64,000 bases of DNA from Pyrinomonadaceae bacterium (lineage in GTDB: Bacteria; Acidobacteriota; Blastocatellia; Pyrinomonadales; Pyrinomonadaceae), in NCBI GenBank assembly GCA_041745615.1, contig JBGTIP010000017.1:48420-112419 (forward strand), written 5' to 3'. Made by a program: the position numbers and the translations under genes. The notes under the pieces are model-generated. The model searched no databases and was not told the origin of the DNA. It worked only from the letters and a program-made list of their open reading frames with translations. Shown one piece after another: positions 34,471-43,291 of this stretch; the first letter of the stretch is position 1; each line of letters begins with the position of its first letter.

Positions 34471-36342
34471 ATGAAGCGATGTCCTGAATGCAGACGGGAT
34501 TATTACGACGACACGCTGCTGTACTGTCTAGACGATGGAAATGCGCTGCTCGAGGGGCCGGCGAGCGGGAAGTCAGAACCGCCTGCGTCAGCGGGCGGCC
34601 AGGTCGGGGATGAGCCGCAAACAGCGATCCTACATGAGACCGCTCCTTCCAGCGACGCTCCGACTCGTGCACAGATCAATACAACCGACCAGACCGCCAT
34701 TCTACGCACGGGAGCGGAGTCGGAGCCTCAAAATTCTTTAGACGAAGCGACGGAAAAGCATAGGTTCTCCGCAAATAGGGCGGCGAAGCCGCTGATAGCT
34801 GCGCTGGCTGCGGTGGCGGTGCTTGTCGGCGGGTTTTTTGGATATCGGTATTTCTATTCCCCCGATTCCGACCAGATCAACTCAATAGCCGTGTTGCCTT
34901 TCACGAGCACCGATGGAAACAACGATTCAGAATATCTTTCCGATGGTTTGGCGGAGAGTATTATTTACGATCTGTCGAAGATTCCGCAATTGAAAGTCCT
35001 GCCCGCCAGCACGGTTTTTCGTTACAAGGGAAAAGAAACGAGTCCCGAAGCGGTGGCAAGTGAATTGGGCGTGCGTGCTGTTTTGGTAAGCCGTATTTCG
35101 CAAAACGGCGATGATCTAACGATCAGCACGGAATTGATAGACACACAGCAAAACAAGGTCATCTGGGGAAATAGGTACGCCCGCAAGGTCAATGATTCGC
35201 TGGCGATCCAAAAAGAGATCTCAAGGGAAATCTCTGAGCGTTTGCGACTCGGTCTAAGCGGCGAACAGGAAAAGAATTTGGCGAAACAGGAAACGGCAAA
35301 CCCGGAAGCCTTTCAGGCCTATCTGAAAGGCAGATTTTACTGGAACAAGCGAGAGGGAGGAATCGAAAAAGGAATCGAATTCTTCAAAAAAGCGATCGAA
35401 CTTGATCCGAATTATGCTCTGGCGTGGAGCGGTCTGGCGGATTCTTATCACCTTTCAGTGGATTATCTTAAACGCAATAAAGATGAAGAATACCCGAAAG
35501 CGAAAGCGGCCGCTGAAAAAGCAATTGCTCTTGATCCCGATCTCGCCGAAGCTCATACATCACTGGCACTTATACTGGAAAGGCATGATAAAAATTATGC
35601 CGAAGCCGAGAAAGAATATCTGAAAGCAATCGAACTCGATCCGAAGTATCCGACAGCTCGCCACTGGTATAGCCGATTTCTTCATTTCAATTTGGGTAGA
35701 AGTGAGGAAGCCTTAAAGGAAGCTAAACTTGCCGTCGAACTCGATCCGCTATCTATGGCAATCAATGTCAGTTATGCAGAGATTCTTGCAGAAACAAAGA
35801 AATATGAAGAATCTCTACGGCAAATGCGAAAGGTACAGGAAATGTTTCCCGATGTTCAAAGATTTTACCGTCCCACAGCGGGAATATTGTCCATATTGGA
35901 AAGATATGAGGAAGCGTTTGCCGTCTGCCGTAAGATCGAGAAAGAAGACAAGAATGACTTTCACAATTGTATGTCACTGGTATTTTACAGACAGGGTAAA
36001 TATGGCGAATCACTTTCAGAATGTGAGAAGTTAGAAAGAAAGAAAAACGAATCCGCCTATCAAATCTGTTTTGCATATAACTACGCAAAATTAGGCAACA
36101 AACAAAAGGTTTACGAAATAATCGAAAGCGATAAATTTACTTTTCCGTTGGATAAAGCAGCCCTCTATGCGATATTGGGCGATAAAGATAGAGCGTTTGA
36201 AGTTTTAGAACAACTTCTGGCTGAGAAAGACCGGAACCTATTCAGAATCCAAAATTCTGACGAATTCGACAATCTGAAATCCGACCCGCGATACGACAAT
36301 CTCTTAAAGGGAATCGAAGCAATGAAAGCAAACAAAAATTAA
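34471..36342 (+). CDS. Zinc-ribbon / TM / TolB-N-like / TPR sensor protein
   Basis: ORF 34435-36342 with start moved to ATG 34471: MKRCPECRRDYYDDTLLYCLDDGNAL (zinc ribbon). TM helix (LIAALAAVAVLVGGFFGY). IAVLPFTSTDGNNDSEYLSDGLAESIIYDL (TolB-N-like module). Then TPR repeats (AIELDPNYALAW, AIALDPDLAEAH, AIELDPKYPTARHW). Confidence 0.75.
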   Translation: MKRCPECRRDYYDDTLLYCLDDGNALLEGPASGKSEPPASAGGQVGDEPQTAILHETAPSSDAPTRAQINTTDQTAILRTGAESEPQNSLDEATEKHRFSANRAAKPLIAALAAVAVLVGGFFGYRYFYSPDSDQINSIAVLPFTSTDGNNDSEYLSDGLAESIIYDLSKIPQLKVLPASTVFRYKGKETSPEAVASELGVRAVLVSRISQNGDDLTISTELIDTQQNKVIWGNRYARKVNDSLAIQKEISREISERLRLGLSGEQEKNLAKQETANPEAFQAYLKGRFYWNKREGGIEKGIEFFKKAIELDPNYALAWSGLADSYHLSVDYLKRNKDEEYPKAKAAAEKAIALDPDLAEAHTSLALILERHDKNYAEAEKEYLKAIELDPKYPTARHWYSRFLHFNLGRSEEALKEAKLAVELDPLSMAINVSYAEILAETKKYEESLRQMRKVQEMFPDVQRFYRPTAGILSILERYEEAFAVCRKIEKEDKNDFHNCMSLVFYRQGKYGESLSECEKLERKKNESAYQICFAYNYAKLGNKQKVYEIIESDKFTFPLDKAALYAILGDKDRAFEVLEQLLAEKDRNLFRIQNSDEFDNLKSDPRYDNLLKGIEAMKANKN

Positions 36343-36385
36343 GTATGAAACTTGAAAAAGGCGGGAGAGTTTCACAATACAAAAT
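34882..36385 (+). repeat. Direct repeat copy A (~1.5 kb) shared with 37452-38985
   Basis: Hand alignment. Offset is 2570 nt at the 5' end and 2600 nt at the 3' end. About 20 mismatches across 34911-35340 vs 37481-37910, including an identical run 35209-35285 = 37779-37855. The middle is more diverged. The last ~250 nt are again highly similar, and the similarity runs across the stop codon into TAAGTATGAAACTTGAAAA. Confidence 0.85.
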
Positions 36386-38942
36386 CCTGTCCAAGATCGG
36401 CAAAGGCGGAATGGGTGAGGTTTATCTGGCGGAAGACACGAAACTTGACCGCAAAGTTGCATTAAAGATTCTACCCGCCGAATTTGCCGAAGATGCTGAC
36501 CGAATGAATCGTTTTGTCCGCGAAGCAAAGTCCGCTTCCGCTCTAAACCATCCGAATATCATTACAATTCACGAGATCGGCGAATTTGAAAACACACATT
36601 ACATCGCGACCGAATTTATTGACGGCAAGACGCTCAAAGATTATACGAAAAGCAATCCGTTAAACTTTAAAACAGCATTAGAGATCGCCATTCAAGTCGG
36701 TTCCGCATTGGATGAAGCCCATTCCGCCGGAATAGTTCATCGTGATATAAAGCCCGACAACATAATGGTTCGCGATAATGGTCTAGTAAAGATCCTGGAT
36801 TTTGGAATAGCGAAGTTGTCAGAACCATCGGGCGGGTTAAACCTTGGAGAACAAGATGCGACAGCGATCCAACAACCTTCGACTACTCCCGGAATGATCA
36901 TCGGCACGGCAAATTATCTGTCGCCCGAACACGCCACAGGAAAAGAGGTTGACGCACGGACGGATATTTTCAGTTTCGGAGTCGTGCTTTATGAAATGAT
37001 TGCGGGACATCTGCCGTTTGTCGGTGATACTCCGATGGAAATTATCGGAGCGATAATTCACAAAGAACCGAAACCGCTCGACACGAATGATGTTCCGGCG
37101 GAAATTGAGCGAATTATCAGCAAGAGTTTACGCAAGGACAGAAACGAACGGTATCAGACGATCAGAGGCTTATCGGCAGATTTGAAGGAAGCAAAACGGG
37201 AACTGGAATTTCAGGACAAACTAGAGAAATCTGTTCAACCCAATGAAAACGCACCGAAGACTCAAATGCTTCGAGCGACAACGTTTGACGAATCCAATCA
37301 AACGATAACGGCTGAAAATACCAATGACAGCATTACTTTCAACAAAGCTAAATTCAGCAAAGCTTTGGTTGGCGGGTTAGCCGTGTTGCTGATCTCCGTT
37401 ATCGGTTTAGGGTATTGGTATCTTTCGGGAAGTGGTTACGAGAAGATAGATTCGATCGCGGTGATGCCTTTTACAAGCACCGATGGAAACAAGGATTCAG
37501 AATTTCTTTCCGATGGTTTGGCGGAGAGTATCATTTACGATCTGTCGAAGATCCCGCAGTTGAAAGTTCTGCCCGCCAGCACGGTTTTTCGTTACAAGGG
37601 AAAAGAAACGAGTCCCGAAGCGGTGGCAAAAGAACAGGGTGTGCGTGCTGTTTTGGTGAGCCGTATTTCGCAAAACGGCGATGATCTGACGATCAGCACG
37701 GAATTGATCGACACACAGCAAAACAAGGTCATCTGGGGAAATAGGTACGCCCGCAAGGTCAATGATTCGCTGGCGATTCAAAAAGAGATCTCAAGGGAAA
37801 TCTCTGAGCGTTTGCGACTCGGTCTAAGCGGCGAACAGGAAAAGAATTTGGCGAAGCAGGAAACGGCAAATCCGGAGGCCTTTCAAGCCTATCTGAAAGG
37901 CAGATTTTACTGGAATATGCGTAATGAAGAAGGAATTAAAGAAGGAATTGAGTTTTTCAGTAAGGCGATAGAACTTGATCCGAATTATGCTCTGGCGTGG
38001 AGCGGTTTGGCGGATTCTCATTTGGTTTCTGTAGCTTATGTTTCTGAAGTCTCAGTGGATGAGGCGTTTCCAAAAGCAAAAGCTGCCGCCAAAAAAGCGA
38101 TCGAACTTGATCCCAACCTTGCCGAAGCACATGCTTCTCTCGCAAATGTTCTGGAAAATTATGATAGAAATTTCCAGGAAGCGGAGAAGGAATATCTGAA
38201 AGCAATTGAGATTGATCCGAAGTATCCGACGGCTCGCCACTGGTATAGCCGATTTCTTCATTTCAAACTTGGAAGAAGTGAGGAAGCCTTAAACGAAGCT
38301 AAACTTGCCGTCGAACTTGATCCATTATCGATGGTAATCAATGGCAGTTTGGCAGCGATACTTATTGATATGAAAAAACATGAAGAAGCTCTACGGGTAT
38401 TACGCGAGGCGCAAAGATTATCTTCCTCCGGTTTATTCTCACACTATCTTTACACACAGTCAGCATTAGCATCAACCAAATTGGGAAGATATGAGGAGGC
38501 AGATGCCGATTGTCGCAAGATAGAAAAAGAAGACCCAGTCATAGCAATGGTTTGCATGGGAAGAGTGTATTTTGAACAAGGAAAATACCGTGAAGCGATC
38601 ATAGAATGTGAAAAGTCAAAAGAAACAAACATCCGAAATCCGGGCCAGCGATATGAATATCGAAAGTGCCTTGGATATTCCTACGCAAAATTAGGCAATA
38701 AACAAAAGGTTTACGAAATAACTACAAGCGATAAATTTGCTTATCCGATGGATAAAGCAGCCATCTATGCGATATTGGGCGATAAAGATAAAGCGTTTGA
38801 AGTTTTGGAAAAACTTCTGGCTGAGAAAGTCTATCGTCTATCCATGATCCAAAATTCTGACGACTTCGACAATCTGAAATCCGACCCGCGATACGACAAT
38901 CTCTTAAAGGGGATCGAAGCAATGAAAGCAAACAAAAATTAA
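36345..38942 (+). CDS. Ser/Thr protein kinase / TM / TolB-N-like / TPR sensor protein
   Basis: 865 aa. GKGGMGEVYLA, HRDIKPDNIM, DFGIAK, SPEH. TM helix (LVGGLAVLLISVIGLGYWY). Then the same TolB-N-like plus TPR module as the preceding gene. Confidence 0.85.
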   Translation: MKLEKGGRVSQYKILSKIGKGGMGEVYLAEDTKLDRKVALKILPAEFAEDADRMNRFVREAKSASALNHPNIITIHEIGEFENTHYIATEFIDGKTLKDYTKSNPLNFKTALEIAIQVGSALDEAHSAGIVHRDIKPDNIMVRDNGLVKILDFGIAKLSEPSGGLNLGEQDATAIQQPSTTPGMIIGTANYLSPEHATGKEVDARTDIFSFGVVLYEMIAGHLPFVGDTPMEIIGAIIHKEPKPLDTNDVPAEIERIISKSLRKDRNERYQTIRGLSADLKEAKRELEFQDKLEKSVQPNENAPKTQMLRATTFDESNQTITAENTNDSITFNKAKFSKALVGGLAVLLISVIGLGYWYLSGSGYEKIDSIAVMPFTSTDGNKDSEFLSDGLAESIIYDLSKIPQLKVLPASTVFRYKGKETSPEAVAKEQGVRAVLVSRISQNGDDLTISTELIDTQQNKVIWGNRYARKVNDSLAIQKEISREISERLRLGLSGEQEKNLAKQETANPEAFQAYLKGRFYWNMRNEEGIKEGIEFFSKAIELDPNYALAWSGLADSHLVSVAYVSEVSVDEAFPKAKAAAKKAIELDPNLAEAHASLANVLENYDRNFQEAEKEYLKAIEIDPKYPTARHWYSRFLHFKLGRSEEALNEAKLAVELDPLSMVINGSLAAILIDMKKHEEALRVLREAQRLSSSGLFSHYLYTQSALASTKLGRYEEADADCRKIEKEDPVIAMVCMGRVYFEQGKYREAIIECEKSKETNIRNPGQRYEYRKCLGYSYAKLGNKQKVYEITTSDKFAYPMDKAAIYAILGDKDKAFEVLEKLLAEKVYRLSMIQNSDDFDNLKSDPRYDNLLKGIEAMKANKN

Positions 38943-38985
38943 GTATGAAACTTGAAAAGGCCAGGACACTTTCGCATTACAAGAA
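37452..38985 (+). repeat. Direct repeat copy B of 34882-36385
   Basis: See copy A. Includes duplication of the gene junction AAAGCAAACAAAAATTAAGTATGAAACTTGAAAA (36331-36364 and 38931-38964). Confidence 0.85.
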
Positions 38986-39001
38986 AGTAGTTTCAGCATA
39001 A
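38945..39001 (+). pseudogene. 18-codon stump of a kinase-TPR paralog (N-terminal remnant)
   Basis: ATG 38945: MKLEKARTLSHYKKVVSA*. It parallels the start of the 36345 kinase (MKLEKGGRVSQYKILSKIGKGG) and sits at the same distance after an identical ...KANKN* stop junction. Confidence 0.55.
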
Positions 39002-39040
39002 CTAACACAAGGTGGACGAATTCAAAAAGAGAATTTATAC

Positions 39041-40138
39041 ATGAGAATCAAGAAATGTTTGTCATTATTAATTGTCATTTTGTTCACGGCGACGGTCGCT
39101 TTTGCGCAGAATAAAACTGAGAAAATAGATAATTTGCTGAGGTCTTATCATGAAGAAGGACAATTCAACGGTTCGATTCTGGTGGCTGAAAAAGGCAAGG
39201 TTATTTACAAAAAAGGTTTCGGGCTGGCTGATATGGAATGGAAGATAGCGAACACGCCGGAGACAAGATTCCGTATCGGTTCCCTGACTAAGCAATTTAC
39301 TGCCACCTTGATCTTACAACTCATTCAGGACGGGAAAATAAAACTTGATGGTAAATTGAGCGATTACCTAACCGACTATCGAAAAGATACGGGCACAAAA
39401 GTAACCATTCACCAACTTCTCAATCACACCTCGGGAATTTTAAGTCCGGTCAATGATCGGAACTTTTTTGAAAAGGTCAGCCGCGATTCATACACTACAA
39501 AAGAAGTTGTCAAAAAATTTGCCGGCGGCGATCTTGAATTCAAGCCGGGTTCAAAATTCAAATACAATAATTCGGGCTATTTTCTGCTCGGGGCAATCAT
39601 TGAAGAAGTTACTAAAAAGCCTTACGCCGAAGTTTTGCAGGAACGCATTTTCATTCCGCTCGGCATGAATAATTCCGGTTTTGACAGGCATCAGGACATA
39701 ATTAAACAACGGGCGAGAGGTTATCGAAAAACAGAGAAAGGATTTGTCAACGCTCCTTATGTGGATACGTCGCTGCCGTTTTCCGCCGGATCGATCTATT
39801 CGACGGTCGAAGACCTGTACATATGGGATCAGGCGCTCTACAGAACCGAACTGCTTTCCGATGAGAGCAAAAACAGAATGTTCACGCCCGGACTAAATAA
39901 CTACGGTTACGGATTCGGGATTACCGAACGGGAAATCGGCAAAACTGGACAAAAAACGAAAGCCGTCCTTCACAATGGTGCGATCAACGGTTTTCACAGC
40001 CTTTTGACCCGATTTGTTGAACAGAAAAACCTGGTTATTATTCTCGATAATATCGAAATGGGACGTCATCACAATAAGATCACCGATTCAATAAACAGTA
40101 TCTTGAACGATCAGCCCCTTGAGTTGCCGAAAAAATAG
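39041..40138 (+). CDS. Serine hydrolase, class C beta-lactamase/esterase family
   Basis: 365 aa. Signal peptide. S-x-x-K motif GSLTKQF and YNNSGY (Y-x-N). AT-rich codon usage. Confidence 0.8.
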   Translation: MRIKKCLSLLIVILFTATVAFAQNKTEKIDNLLRSYHEEGQFNGSILVAEKGKVIYKKGFGLADMEWKIANTPETRFRIGSLTKQFTATLILQLIQDGKIKLDGKLSDYLTDYRKDTGTKVTIHQLLNHTSGILSPVNDRNFFEKVSRDSYTTKEVVKKFAGGDLEFKPGSKFKYNNSGYFLLGAIIEEVTKKPYAEVLQERIFIPLGMNNSGFDRHQDIIKQRARGYRKTEKGFVNAPYVDTSLPFSAGSIYSTVEDLYIWDQALYRTELLSDESKNRMFTPGLNNYGYGFGITEREIGKTGQKTKAVLHNGAINGFHSLLTRFVEQKNLVIILDNIEMGRHHNKITDSINSILNDQPLELPKK

Positions 40139-40172
40139 GTCGCCGAGGCTTGGAGGAAAGAGCCGCGCATCC

Positions 40173-40268
40173 TGGCTTAAGTGGTACAATGCCGAACCGA
40201 TCTACGATCCACTCTGCGACGATTCGCGATTTAAGGCGTTGCTTAAGAAGATGAATCTGCTGGAATAG
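40173..40268 (+). pseudogene. C-terminal stump of a TPR sensor paralog
   Basis: My translation ending at TAG 40266-40268: WLKWYNAEPIYDPLCDDSRFKALLKKMNLLE*. This resembles the usual C-terminal tail of this protein class (compare FDNLKSDPRYDNLLKGIEAM in the intact copies). No upstream ORF body. Confidence 0.45.
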
Positions 40269-40274
40269 AATGTT

Positions 40275-40310
40275 ATGAATCGATGCTCTGAATGCACGAG
40301 GGAGCGTTGA
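40275..40310 (+). pseudogene. 11-codon stump of a zinc-ribbon sensor gene start
   Basis: ATGAATCGATGCTCTGAATGCACGAGGGAGCGTTGA = MNRCSECTRER*. Similar at the nucleotide level to ATGAAGCGATGTCCTGAATGCAGACGGG at 34471. Lies 6 nt after the preceding stump's stop. Confidence 0.4.
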
Positions 40311-40324
40311 AATCTAAAAGACAA

Positions 40325-41824
40325 ATGGCGGATGAAAACGTTGGATTTGATGAGCTAACCGAAGACTTTTCGGCATCACCCTTGTGGAACGAAGATCTCG
40401 CTCCGACCATGCTTGACCAGCGCACCTGGTCCACGTGGAATATCGCCGCGCTCTGGATCGGGATGAGCGTCGTTATCACGACCTATATGCTCGGCGGCGG
40501 GTTTATCGCGCAGGGGATGACTTGGTGGCAGGCGATGCTGACGATCCTGCTGGGCAACTGCATTGTGCTGATCCCGATGGTGCTGAATGCTCACGCCGGG
40601 ACGAAATACGGCATTTCGTTTCCGGTTCTGCTGCGGGCGTCGTTCGGGACGAAAGGGGCGAACATTCCGGCAATACTCAGGGCGATCGTGGCGTGCGGCT
40701 GGTTCGGTATTCAGACGTGGATCGGCGGCACGGCGATCGATGCTCTGCTGACGGCGGTCTGGAGCGGGTGGGCTGGTATCGATGCGATGATCGCCGGTAA
40801 TCCGCTTCACACATGGATCTCCTTTTTTATGTTTTGGGGAATTCAGGTCGTCATAATTCTTCGCGGCATCGAGGGCATCAAACATCTTGAATCGTGGGCC
40901 GCACCGCTGTTGCTCCTGGGCGGGTTGGTCCTGTTGATCTGGGCATCATCGGCGGCGGGTGGTTTGGGCAACGTCCTGGCGGGAACATCTGCGTTGCAGA
41001 CGTCACAGGCTGATTTTTGGGCGATCTTTCCCGCGGCTTTGACAGCATCTGTCGGCTATTGGGCAACGCTGAGTTTGAACATTCCCGATTTCACAAGATA
41101 CGCAAAGAGCCAGCGTTCGCAGATGCTCGGTCAAGCATTTGGACTGCCGCTGACTATGACGGCCTTTGCATTTATCGGCGTTGCCGTGACGAGTGCGACG
41201 GTCATCATTTACGGTGAGGCCATTGCCGATCCGGTCCAACTCATACAGCGTTTTGATAATTGGGCGGTAATACTTTTTGCGATGATCGTCATTTTTGTTG
41301 CTCAGCTTTCGACCAACATGGCGGCGAATGTCGTATCGCCATCGAATGATTTTTCAAATCTAAACCCAAAGCGGATCTCATATGTCACCGGCGGCTTGAT
41401 CACTGCCGTGATCGGTATCGTGATGATGCCGTGGCAGTTGATGTCAACGATGGGGGCGTATATTTTTACATGGCTGATAGGTTACTCGGGATTGATGGGG
41501 GCGATCGGCGGCATACTTATCTGCGACTATTGGCTCATCCGCAAGCGTCGTATCGAACTTGCCGAGCTCTATAAGACCGATGGCATTTACTCGTATGGCG
41601 GCGGTTTTAATTGGCGGGCGATCGCTGCGTTGGTATTGGCGATAGCACCGGTCGTGCCTGGTTTTCTGCGGGCGGCGACCACCCCCGGCGGTCAGGTGTC
41701 CGATCCCGGAGTTCTCGACACGCTCTATACTTACTCATGGTTCGTGACCTTTAGCATAGGCTTCGGGCTATACTATTTGCTGACAACCATCGCTCCGGAT
41801 AGAAAGAATTATGAAGTACGCTGA
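40325..41824 (+). CDS. NCS1 family nucleobase/hydantoin:cation symporter
   Basis: ORF 40292-41824 with start moved to ATG 40325 (MADENVGF...), because 40292 lies inside the zinc-ribbon stump. N-terminal NEDLAPTMLDQRTWSTWN motif, 12 TM-like segments. Typical of NCS1. Confidence 0.85.
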   Translation: MADENVGFDELTEDFSASPLWNEDLAPTMLDQRTWSTWNIAALWIGMSVVITTYMLGGGFIAQGMTWWQAMLTILLGNCIVLIPMVLNAHAGTKYGISFPVLLRASFGTKGANIPAILRAIVACGWFGIQTWIGGTAIDALLTAVWSGWAGIDAMIAGNPLHTWISFFMFWGIQVVIILRGIEGIKHLESWAAPLLLLGGLVLLIWASSAAGGLGNVLAGTSALQTSQADFWAIFPAALTASVGYWATLSLNIPDFTRYAKSQRSQMLGQAFGLPLTMTAFAFIGVAVTSATVIIYGEAIADPVQLIQRFDNWAVILFAMIVIFVAQLSTNMAANVVSPSNDFSNLNPKRISYVTGGLITAVIGIVMMPWQLMSTMGAYIFTWLIGYSGLMGAIGGILICDYWLIRKRRIELAELYKTDGIYSYGGGFNWRAIAALVLAIAPVVPGFLRAATTPGGQVSDPGVLDTLYTYSWFVTFSIGFGLYYLLTTIAPDRKNYEVR

Positions 41825-43268
41825 AGTTAAGAATTATTATGAAGGCCGGTTCCACGACAACTCCGCAGGGGAGAGCCTCGACGTTGTATCGCCTCTCGAC
41901 GGTAATTTGCTTTCATCCGTGCCAATGTCGAGCCGCAAGGAACTCGACCTCGCCGTCAGATCAGCCAAAGACGCATTCGACCGCTGGAGTAAACAGCCTA
42001 TCAAAGAGCGCGTCCAGGTATTTTTCCGATACCGGCGCCTTCTCGAAAAGAATTCCGATGAGCTGACCGCTCTCGTTTCCGAAGAGAATGGAAAGACCAT
42101 CGATGAGGCCCGGGCCGAAGTCGATAAGAGCATTGAGCTAACCGAATTTGCATGCTCGATGCCGCAGCTTGTTTCCGGCGAGGTCCTTGAGGTCAGCCGC
42201 GGTGTCGAGTGCCGGACCGAACACTTTCCGATTGGCGTCGTGGCATCGATTGTGCCATTCAACTTTCCGCTGATGGTGCCTAATTGGACGATGCCGAACG
42301 CCCTCGTGCTCGGCAACACCATGATAATGAAGCCCAGTGAGCTTGTGCCCTTATCCTGCCAGCGGATGGCCGAGCTGCTCAAGGAAGCGGGACTGCCCGA
42401 TGGTGTTTTTAATATCGTCAACGGCGGAAAAGAGGTGGTCGAGGCCATCTGCAGCCACCCGGATATCGAGGCCGTGAGCTTTGTCGGATCGACAAAGGTC
42501 GCAAAGCTCGTTTACCAGCAGAGTACGCACAATCTCAAACGCTGCATCGCCCTCGGCGGGGCCAAGAACCATCTTTTTGTGCTGCCTGATGCTAATCCGG
42601 CGATGACGGCTAGCAACGTGACCGCTTCGATGTCCGGCTGCGCCGGTCAGCGATGTATGGCCGCGTCGGCGATGCTGGCTGTCGGAAACGTAGATCCGAT
42701 CATAGATTCGATCTGCGAAGAGGCCAGGAAGATCGTGCCAGGCAAGAACCTCGGCGCGGTCATCTCAAAAGAGGCCAAGGAGCGGATCGAGGGATACATC
42801 GCCGAGGCTGAACGCGACGGCGCGAAGATCCTTGTCGATGGCCGCGGTGCGTCGGTTGACGGCAGAGAGAATGGCACGTACGTTGGCCCGACCGTGATCG
42901 ACTATGTAACTCCAGGTATGTCGGTCGCGACAGAAGAGATTTTCGGACCCGTCATTTCTATCATGCGAACAGCCACGCTTGACGAGGCGATTAAGATAGA
43001 GAATGAGAATCCGTACGGAAATGCTGCTTCGGTCTTTACCCAAAGCGGCGGCCTCGCACGTTACGTAATGGAACATGCGAGTGCCGGAATGATCGGTGTT
43101 AATATCGGCGTACCGGTGCCCCGCGAACCGTTCTCGTTCGGCGGATGGAACGAGTCCCGCTTCGGCGCGAACGACATTACAGGCAAAAGCTCGATAGAAT
43201 TCTGGACAAAGCTGAAGAAGACGACGACTAAGTGGAATCCGGAAGCGGGTGTTAATTGGATGAGTTGA
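41811..43268 (+). CDS. mmsA: CoA-acylating methylmalonate/malonate-semialdehyde dehydrogenase
   Basis: 485 aa aldehyde dehydrogenase. Catalytic Cys region MSGCAGQRCMA is typical of MmsA. Overlaps the permease gene by 14 nt. Confidence 0.85.
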   Translation: MKYAEVKNYYEGRFHDNSAGESLDVVSPLDGNLLSSVPMSSRKELDLAVRSAKDAFDRWSKQPIKERVQVFFRYRRLLEKNSDELTALVSEENGKTIDEARAEVDKSIELTEFACSMPQLVSGEVLEVSRGVECRTEHFPIGVVASIVPFNFPLMVPNWTMPNALVLGNTMIMKPSELVPLSCQRMAELLKEAGLPDGVFNIVNGGKEVVEAICSHPDIEAVSFVGSTKVAKLVYQQSTHNLKRCIALGGAKNHLFVLPDANPAMTASNVTASMSGCAGQRCMAASAMLAVGNVDPIIDSICEEARKIVPGKNLGAVISKEAKERIEGYIAEAERDGAKILVDGRGASVDGRENGTYVGPTVIDYVTPGMSVATEEIFGPVISIMRTATLDEAIKIENENPYGNAASVFTQSGGLARYVMEHASAGMIGVNIGVPVPREPFSFGGWNESRFGANDITGKSSIEFWTKLKKTTTKWNPEAGVNWMS

Positions 43269-43291
43269 AACTTACTGATAGGAGCGATCGC

